NCBI GenBank assembly: GCA_020438895.1
Contig: JAGQTS010000060.1
Coordinates: forward strand, 1-46,859
Length of the DNA stretch: 46,859 nt
Direction of reading: 5' to 3'
Source: Mycobacterium sp.
GTDB taxonomy: Bacteria > Actinomycetota > Actinomycetes > Mycobacteriales > Mycobacteriaceae
The translations under genes and the position numbers were made by a program. The notes below the pieces were generated by a model. The model did not search any database. It saw only the letters and a program-made list of their open reading frames with translations, and had not been told where the DNA came from. Below are positions 40,594-46,859 of this stretch, in pieces; position 1 is the first letter of the stretch; every line of letters starts with the position of its first letter.

Positions 40594-42249
40594 GTGGCCC
40601 TGAACATCGCCGACCTTGCCGAGCACGCCATCGACGCGGTGCCCGACCGCGTCGCCCTGATCTGCGGCGACGACGAGATCACCTATGCCGAACTTGAGGA
40701 GAAGGCGAACCGGTTCGCTCACTACCTGATCGACCACGGTGTCGGAAAGGGTGACAAGGTCGGCCTGTACTGCCGCAACCGCATCGAGATCGTCATCGCG
40801 ATGCTGGGCATCGTCAAGGCCGGGGCCATTCTGGTCAACGTCAACTATCGCTACGTCGAGGGCGAACTGCGGTACCTGTTCGACAACTCCGACATGGTGG
40901 CATTGGTGCATGAACGCCAGTACGCCGATCGGGTCGCCAATGTGTTACCGGAGACGCCGAACGTCACGACCGTTCTCGTCGTGGAGGACGGGACCGACGA
41001 CGACTACCGGCGCTACGGGGGAGTGGAGTTCTCCGAAGCGATCGCGCAGGGTTCGCCTCTTCGCGACTTCGGCGAGCGCAGCCCCGATGACATCTACCTG
41101 CTCTACACCGGCGGCACCACCGGATTTCCCAAAGGCGTGATGTGGCGGCACGAGGACATCTACCGGGTGTTGCTCGGCGGAACCGACTTCGCCACCGGGC
41201 AATTCGTGGAAGACGAGTACGACCACGCCAAGCAGGCGGTCGCGGCCCCGCCGATGGTCCGCTTCCCGATCCCGCCGATGATCCACGGCGCCACCCAGTC
41301 GGCGACCTGGATGGCACTGTTCGCCGGTCAAACCGTCGTGCTGGCACCGGAATTCGACGCCGAGCAGGTATGGGATGCCATCGAGAGGCACAAGGTCAAC
41401 TTGCTGTTCTTCACCGGCGACGCGATGGGGCGGCCACTGCTCGACGTTTTGGAGGGCACCGTCGGGGAGCGTGACCTCTCCTCGTTGTTCCTGCTCGCCA
41501 GCACCGCCGCGCTGTTTTCCCCGAGCCTGAAGGAACGGTTCCTGGAGCTACTGCCCAACCGGGTGATCACCGATTCCATCGGGTCCTCGGAAACCGGGTT
41601 CGGGGGTACCAGCATCGCAGCGAAGGGGCAGGTCCAGGCCGGCGGTCCTCGGGTCGCCATCGACAGGAACACCGTAGTGCTCGACGAGGACGGTAACGAG
41701 GTGCTGCCCGGATCCGGTGTGCGCGGAATCCTTGCCAAGCGCGGCAATATCCCGATCGGCTACTACAAGGACGAGAAGAAGACGGCTGAGACCTTCCGCA
41801 CCATCAACGGTGTGCGCTACGCCATCCCGGGGGACTACGCCATGGTCGAAGAGGATGGCAGCGTCACCATGCTCGGCCGTGGTTCGGTCTCGATCAACAC
41901 CGGTGGGGAGAAGGTGTACCCCGAGGAGGTGGAGGCCGCGCTCAAGGGCCATCCCGAGGTTTTCGACGCCCTGGTGGTCGGTGTTCCCGACGACCGCTAC
42001 GGTCAGCACGTGGCCGCCGTGGTGGCACCGCGCGCAGGCCTCCGTCCGACGCTCGGCGATCTGGATGCCTTCGTGCGCAACCACATTGCCGGCTACAAGG
42101 TGCCGCGAAGCCTGTGGCTCGTCGACGAGGTCAAGCGTTCGCCGGCCGGCAAACCGGACTACACCTGGGCTAAGAAGCAGACCGAACAGCGGCCCGCCGA
42201 CGAGGTCCACAGCAAGCGCGCCCCAGTGGATCAACGGGAAGGCGATTGA
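40594..42249 (+). CDS. fadD19: Steroid acyl-CoA synthetase FadD19
   Basis: AMP-binding YTGGTTGFPKG, IGSSETG, GRGS..INTGGEK and RSPAGK motifs; MALNIADL start. Confidence 0.92.
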   Translation: MALNIADLAEHAIDAVPDRVALICGDDEITYAELEEKANRFAHYLIDHGVGKGDKVGLYCRNRIEIVIAMLGIVKAGAILVNVNYRYVEGELRYLFDNSDMVALVHERQYADRVANVLPETPNVTTVLVVEDGTDDDYRRYGGVEFSEAIAQGSPLRDFGERSPDDIYLLYTGGTTGFPKGVMWRHEDIYRVLLGGTDFATGQFVEDEYDHAKQAVAAPPMVRFPIPPMIHGATQSATWMALFAGQTVVLAPEFDAEQVWDAIERHKVNLLFFTGDAMGRPLLDVLEGTVGERDLSSLFLLASTAALFSPSLKERFLELLPNRVITDSIGSSETGFGGTSIAAKGQVQAGGPRVAIDRNTVVLDEDGNEVLPGSGVRGILAKRGNIPIGYYKDEKKTAETFRTINGVRYAIPGDYAMVEEDGSVTMLGRGSVSINTGGEKVYPEEVEAALKGHPEVFDALVVGVPDDRYGQHVAAVVAPRAGLRPTLGDLDAFVRNHIAGYKVPRSLWLVDEVKRSPAGKPDYTWAKKQTEQRPADEVHSKRAPVDQREGD

Positions 42250-43364
42250 TGCGTACCGAGCTCTGCGACCGCTTCGACATCGACCACCCGATCTTCGTCT
42301 TCACGCCTTCGGAGAAGGTGGCCGCCGCGGTTACCCGGGCCGGTGGCATGGGTGTGCTCGGCTGTGTGCGGTTCAACGACGCTGAGGACCTCGAGTCGGT
42401 GCTGAACTGGATGGATACCAACACCGACGGGAAGCCGTACGGGGTGGATGTGGTGATGCCGGCCACGGTCCCCACCGAAGGCACCACGCTCGACATCGCC
42501 ACGCTCATTCCGCAGACACACCGCGACTTCGTCACCAAGACGCTGGCCGAGCTGGGGGTGCCGCCGCTATCCGAGGACGGCGGTGGCAACGACGGAGTCC
42601 TCGGTTGGCTGCATTCGGTGGCCCGCTCTCATGTCGAGGTCGCCCTCGGCCACCGAATCAGCCTGATCGCCAATGCCCTCGGCTCCCCACCGACCGATGT
42701 GATCGAGCAGGCGCACGCGGTCGGGGTCCCACTGGCCGCATTGGCCGGCACCGCCGCGCACGCCCGGCGGCATGTCGACAATGGCGTGGACATCGTCGTG
42801 GCACAGGGCTACGAGGCCGGCGGGCACACCGGCGAGATCGCGTCGATGGTGTTGGTCCCGGAAGTCGTCGACGCGGTGGGAACCACCCCGGTGCTGGCTG
42901 CGGGTGGCATCGGAACCGGCCGCCAGGTCGCGGCCGCACTGGCCCTCGGTGCGTCCGGGGTGTGGATGGGTTCGGCATTCCTGACCGCCGCCGAATACGA
43001 CCTCGGTGCCCGCGACGGGGACGGCCCGTCGGTGATCCAGCAGGCATTGCTGGGCGCGACGTCCAGTGACACCGTCCGCCGCCGGATCTACTCCGGTAAG
43101 CCCGCCAGACTGCTCAAGAGTCGCTGGACCGACGCCTGGGACGCCGAGGGCGCGCCGGACCCGCTGCCGATGCCCTTGCAGAACGTTCTGGTGGCACAGG
43201 CGCATCAGCGGATGAACCAATCGAACGATCCGACCGCGGTGGCCATGCCGGTCGGGCAGATCGTCGGCCGCATGGACACGATCCGGCCCGCCGCCGAGAT
43301 CATCGCCGACTTGGTCTCCGGCTTCGACGGCGCGACCCGGCGACTGGACGATATCCGCGGCTGA
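42249..43364 (+). CDS. Nitronate monooxygenase-family flavoprotein
   Basis: AQGYEAGGHTG, LAAGG and GVWMGS motifs; TGATG coupling to fadD19. Confidence 0.85.
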   Translation: MRTELCDRFDIDHPIFVFTPSEKVAAAVTRAGGMGVLGCVRFNDAEDLESVLNWMDTNTDGKPYGVDVVMPATVPTEGTTLDIATLIPQTHRDFVTKTLAELGVPPLSEDGGGNDGVLGWLHSVARSHVEVALGHRISLIANALGSPPTDVIEQAHAVGVPLAALAGTAAHARRHVDNGVDIVVAQGYEAGGHTGEIASMVLVPEVVDAVGTTPVLAAGGIGTGRQVAAALALGASGVWMGSAFLTAAEYDLGARDGDGPSVIQQALLGATSSDTVRRRIYSGKPARLLKSRWTDAWDAEGAPDPLPMPLQNVLVAQAHQRMNQSNDPTAVAMPVGQIVGRMDTIRPAAEIIADLVSGFDGATRRLDDIRG

Positions 43365-43384
43365 GCGGCGCTACAGTCGACCCG

Positions 43385-44218
43385 ATGAGGATCGACGCCT
43401 GGATGCAACACCCGACGCGTCGGTTCATGTCCCATGGCATGTTCGCCTCGCTGCTGAGGTGGACCGGCGGACAGGTGCCGGATGAGGACCCGCCGATCGA
43501 GACGACGATTGCTTCGATGGATGCCGCGGGTGTGGACATGGGGTTGTTGACCGCCTGGTGGGGGCCGCACGGCCAGGATCTGATCTCCAACGACCAGGTT
43601 GCCGAATGGGTCCGGCGCTACCCCGGTCGGTTCGCCGCGGTGGCCGCCGTGGATCTCAGCCGCCCCATGGAGGCGGTTCGTGAACTGCGGCGGCGGGTGG
43701 TTGACGAGGGCTTTGTCGGCCTACGCATGCTGCCCTGGCTGTGGGAGTCCGCGCCCACCGATCGCCGTTACTACCCGCTGTACGCCGAATGCATTGAACG
43801 GGCAGTCCCGTTCTGCACCCAGGTCGGCCACACCGGCCCCCTCATGCCTTCCGAGACCGGACGGCCGATCCCGTACATCGACCAAGTCGCCATCGACTTC
43901 CCGGAACTGACGATCGTCTGCGGGCACGTCGGTTATCCCTGGACCGAGGAGATGATCGCCGTCGCACGTAAGCATCGCAATGTCTATATCGACACCTCTG
44001 CCTACACCACCCGTCGGCTACCCGCGGAGTTGGTCGCGTTCATGAAGACCGAGATGGGATCACGAAAGGTCCTTTACGGCAGCAACTTTCCGATGATTGG
44101 GCATTCGCACTCGTTGGAAGGGCTTGACGAACTCGATCTCGCCGATGGCACGCGACACAACTTTCTCGGCGGCAACGCCGACCGCGTCTTCTCGATGCTG
44201 AGGGGGCGGTGTTCGTGA
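43385..44218 (+). CDS. Amidohydrolase_2 family protein, Rv3510c-like
   Basis: IDAWMQH, QVGHTGP, CGHVGYPW, YIDTSA and YGSNFP motifs. Confidence 0.82.
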   Translation: MRIDAWMQHPTRRFMSHGMFASLLRWTGGQVPDEDPPIETTIASMDAAGVDMGLLTAWWGPHGQDLISNDQVAEWVRRYPGRFAAVAAVDLSRPMEAVRELRRRVVDEGFVGLRMLPWLWESAPTDRRYYPLYAECIERAVPFCTQVGHTGPLMPSETGRPIPYIDQVAIDFPELTIVCGHVGYPWTEEMIAVARKHRNVYIDTSAYTTRRLPAELVAFMKTEMGSRKVLYGSNFPMIGHSHSLEGLDELDLADGTRHNFLGGNADRVFSMLRGRCS

Positions 44219-45762
44219 ACGGCGCACAGGCACTGCTTTCCACGCTGGTCGGCAACGGCGTTCGGGTGTGCTTCGCCAACCCCGGAACCTCGGAGATGCA
44301 TTTCGTCGCCGCACTGGACACGGTGCCCGAGATGCGCGGTGTCCTCACCCTTTTCGAAGGGGTCGCCACAGGCGCCGCGGACGGCTACGCCCGGATGTCC
44401 GGTGACCCGGCGGCGGTGCTGCTTCACCTGGGTCCGGGCTTGGGCAACGGGTTGGCCAACCTGCACAACGCGCGTCGTGCCCATGTCCCCGTTCTGGTGG
44501 TCGTCGGTGACCACGCGACCTATCACAAGCACTTCGACGCGCCCCTGGAGTCTGACATCGACGCCGTGGCCGGGACCGTGTCCGGTTGGGTACGCCGCAC
44601 GATGAGAACAGCCGATGTCGGTGCCGACGCGGTGGCCGCCGTCGCCTTCGCCCGCGTCGAGCACCGCATCGCCACGCTGATCCTGCCCGCAGATGTCTCC
44701 TGGTCCGACGGTGCGGGAGTGGCCGAAGCGGCCTCCGCCGAAGCAGACACCCACGAGTACGATTTCGCCGCAGCAGAGGAGGCGCTGCGCGCCGAGGAAC
44801 CCGCCGTCATCCTGGTCGGTGGTGACGCCACCCGGGCCGACGGTCTCCGGGCCGCGGCACGGTTGGCGTTGCGTTTCGGGGCCCGGCTGTTCTGCGAGAC
44901 GTTCCCGGCTCGGCTGGAGCGTGGCGCCGGGATTCCGGCTGTCGAACGGATCGCCTATTTCGGTGAGGCGGCGGTCGAACAGTTGCGGGGTACACGGCGG
45001 CTGATCCTGGCCGGGGCGGCGTCGCCGGTAACGTTCTTCGGCTACCCGGGCAAGCCCAGTGACCTGGTTCCGGAGGGATGCGAGGTGTATCGGCTGTCCG
45101 GCCCGGTGGGTGCGGCCGCGGCGCTCACCGCCCTGGCTGACGCCTTGGCCGGGGCCGTCGTCGCGCCGACTGCGGTTGCGGCGCGCCCCGAGATGCCAAC
45201 CGGACCGCTGACCGTGCAGAACTCGGCCGAGGTGATCGGTGCGATGCTGCCCGAGCGGGTGATCGTGGTCGACGAGGCCAATACATCCGGGATTCTGCTA
45301 CCGCAGTCCACCGCGGGAGCCCCGGCGCATGATTGGTTGACGCTGACCGGAGGTTCGATCGGCTATGCGCTGCCGGTGGCCCTCGGTGCCGCGGTGGCCG
45401 CCCCGGACAGACCGGTGCTGTGCCTGGAGTCCGACGGGTCGGCGATGTACACCATCTCGGCGCTATGGAGTCACTCCCGGGAGAATCTCGACATCACCAC
45501 GGTGGTGTACGCCAACCGGGCCTACGACATCCTGCGCATCGAACTTCTGCGGGTCGGGGCGCAGAGTGGGGCCGGCCCGCAGGCCGAGTCGCTGCTTGAC
45601 CTGACCCCGCCGATCCTGGATTTCGTCCGGATCGCCGAGGGGATGGGTGTCCCGGCGCGACGGGTGAGCACCGCCGAAGAACTCGCCGAAGCGCTGCGAT
45701 GGTCGTTCGGCGAACCCGGACCGCACCTGATCGAGGCGGTCATCCCCTCGCTGGCGGGCTGA
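44215..45762 (+). CDS. ilvX: ThDP-dependent acetolactate synthase-like protein IlvX
   Basis: FANPGTSE, FEGVATGAADGYAR and SDGS...N ThDP motif; GTGA overlap with the upstream gene. Confidence 0.85.
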   Translation: MNGAQALLSTLVGNGVRVCFANPGTSEMHFVAALDTVPEMRGVLTLFEGVATGAADGYARMSGDPAAVLLHLGPGLGNGLANLHNARRAHVPVLVVVGDHATYHKHFDAPLESDIDAVAGTVSGWVRRTMRTADVGADAVAAVAFARVEHRIATLILPADVSWSDGAGVAEAASAEADTHEYDFAAAEEALRAEEPAVILVGGDATRADGLRAAARLALRFGARLFCETFPARLERGAGIPAVERIAYFGEAAVEQLRGTRRLILAGAASPVTFFGYPGKPSDLVPEGCEVYRLSGPVGAAAALTALADALAGAVVAPTAVAARPEMPTGPLTVQNSAEVIGAMLPERVIVVDEANTSGILLPQSTAGAPAHDWLTLTGGSIGYALPVALGAAVAAPDRPVLCLESDGSAMYTISALWSHSRENLDITTVVYANRAYDILRIELLRVGAQSGAGPQAESLLDLTPPILDFVRIAEGMGVPARRVSTAEELAEALRWSFGEPGPHLIEAVIPSLAG

Positions 45763-45787
45763 CGGGCGCAGCCGGCCGGGGAGTGGG

Positions 45788-46465
45788 TTATGCCGGCTCG
45801 CCGAGTCGGCCGGCAGCGAAATCGGCTGCCTGACTCGCCATTCCGTTCACCCCGTAGAGCAGGTGCGGCACGATGCTCGTGCTCTGATTGGGCGAACAGA
45901 TCGGATCGCCGTCGACACACAGGTCGATGGTCTTGGCTGCGAACAGTGGACTGATGGTGATGGGCGGCATGTTCTCCACATTCAGGGTTGCCGCCGATGG
46001 CCTGCCGAACAGCGCCACCGCCGCCACATGCTCACCCACGTCGGGCGGCAGCGGGGCCGGAAGGCCGGGGAGAGCGGCGGAGCCGACGGCGGTGCCGTCC
46101 GAGGTCAGCAGGGCGATGACCCCGGCGCCCTGCGAGTAGCCACCGAGCACCAGTTGGGTGGCGGAGCACCGGGCAACAATGTCGCGGATATGGTTGTTCG
46201 CATCCACCACACCCTCCACGGCGGTCGGGTAGTCCCTGCTCGCCGGGTAGTTGACCGGATAGACGTCCACCGTCGCGGCATCGCCGATATCGGACCTGAG
46301 GGCATCGATGAATGCCTGCCCGATCACGCCGACGCCGGTCGGCTCCCCGGTGCCCCGGGCGAACACCACATCCACGTCCGGGCAGGGGGGAGCGGCCGCC
46401 GCGGCGGGCGCACCGATCAGTGTCGCCAGCGACGCGACGACAGCAGCGGCTGCGGAGAACCTCAC
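45788..46465 (-). CDS. Secreted cutinase-family serine esterase
   Basis: Signal peptide, CPDV..FARGT, GYSQG, DPIC and C-terminal His (PHLLY). Confidence 0.9.
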   Translation of the reverse strand: MRFSAAAAVVASLATLIGAPAAAAAPPCPDVDVVFARGTGEPTGVGVIGQAFIDALRSDIGDAATVDVYPVNYPASRDYPTAVEGVVDANNHIRDIVARCSATQLVLGGYSQGAGVIALLTSDGTAVGSAALPGLPAPLPPDVGEHVAAVALFGRPSAATLNVENMPPITISPLFAAKTIDLCVDGDPICSPNQSTSIVPHLLYGVNGMASQAADFAAGRLGEPA

Positions 46466-46530
46466 GGACTGCAGATACTATCGGCCCGAGCCGACACCCG
46501 GACCGCGATGATCCGATGTCCCGAGCCGCA

Positions 46531-46859
46531 TCAGGCCGGAATTTCGGCCAGGTCCCGCCCGATGAGCCGCAACTGAGCGGTAGCCCCACCGAGGGCGAAC
46601 TCGGTTTGCTTCGCCGTGATGAAGTAGCGGTGCACCGGATGGTCCATGTCGATCCCCACCCCGCCGTGCACGTGGACAGCGGTATGCGCCACCCGGTGTC
46701 CGGCATCGGCTGCCCAGAATGCCGCGGTGGCCACCTCGGAAGTGGCGGGCAGGTCTTCGGACAATCGCCACGCGGCCTGGTCGAGTGTCAATCGCACACC
46801 CTTGACGTCGATGTAGCCGTCTGCGAGCCGCTGGGCGACCGCCTGGAAGCTGCCGATCG
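46531..46859 (-). CDS. fadE27: Acyl-CoA dehydrogenase ChsE5/FadE27, 3' part only (truncated by window edge)
   Basis: IGSFQAVAQRLADGYID and AHTAVHVHGGVGID motifs; synteny. Confidence 0.85.
   Translation of the reverse strand, partial: IGSFQAVAQRLADGYIDVKGVRLTLDQAAWRLSEDLPATSEVATAAFWAADAGHRVAHTAVHVHGGVGIDMDHPVHRYFITAKQTEFALGGATAQLRLIGRDLAEIPA

Overview
GC-rich Mycobacteriaceae DNA, most likely a rapidly growing Mycolicibacterium-type genome: RqlH is present and PE_PGRS/PPE genes are absent. The window carries the central cholesterol/steroid catabolic cluster, collinear from memory with M. tuberculosis Rv3559c to Rv3505. In order it holds the KstR2 (C/D-ring, HIP) block ipdF-kstR2-fadA6, ipdC-ipdB-ipdA-echA20 and two SDRs; ddn and fadA5; the igr operon cyp125-chsE1-chsE2-chsH2-chsH1-ltp2; chsH3, kstD and hsaEGF; rqlH; an Rv3531c-Rv3529c-like operon; kshA, ltp3/ltp4 and Rv3521/Rv3520c/Rv3519-like genes; cyp142, echA19, fadD19 and ilvX; and the 3' end of fadE27. 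One KstR2 box and six clear KstR boxes can be read directly. The most notable departures from the textbook locus are: (1) an AbiEi/DUF559-like nuclease gene bracketed by two related ~56-bp palindromes, a REP/RAYT-like candidate selfish element; (2) an in-frame fusion of a small hypothetical protein to Ddn that keeps an internal RBS; (3) an intact class III adenylate cyclase and an SMP-30 lactonase appended to the igr operon; (4) a Sec-type PE-PPE hydrolase at the position of Mtb PPE63; (5) a cutinase where fadD17 is normally found; (6) MIRU-like spacers and translational-coupling mini-ORFs. All homology calls come from motif recognition and recalled synteny, not from database searches.
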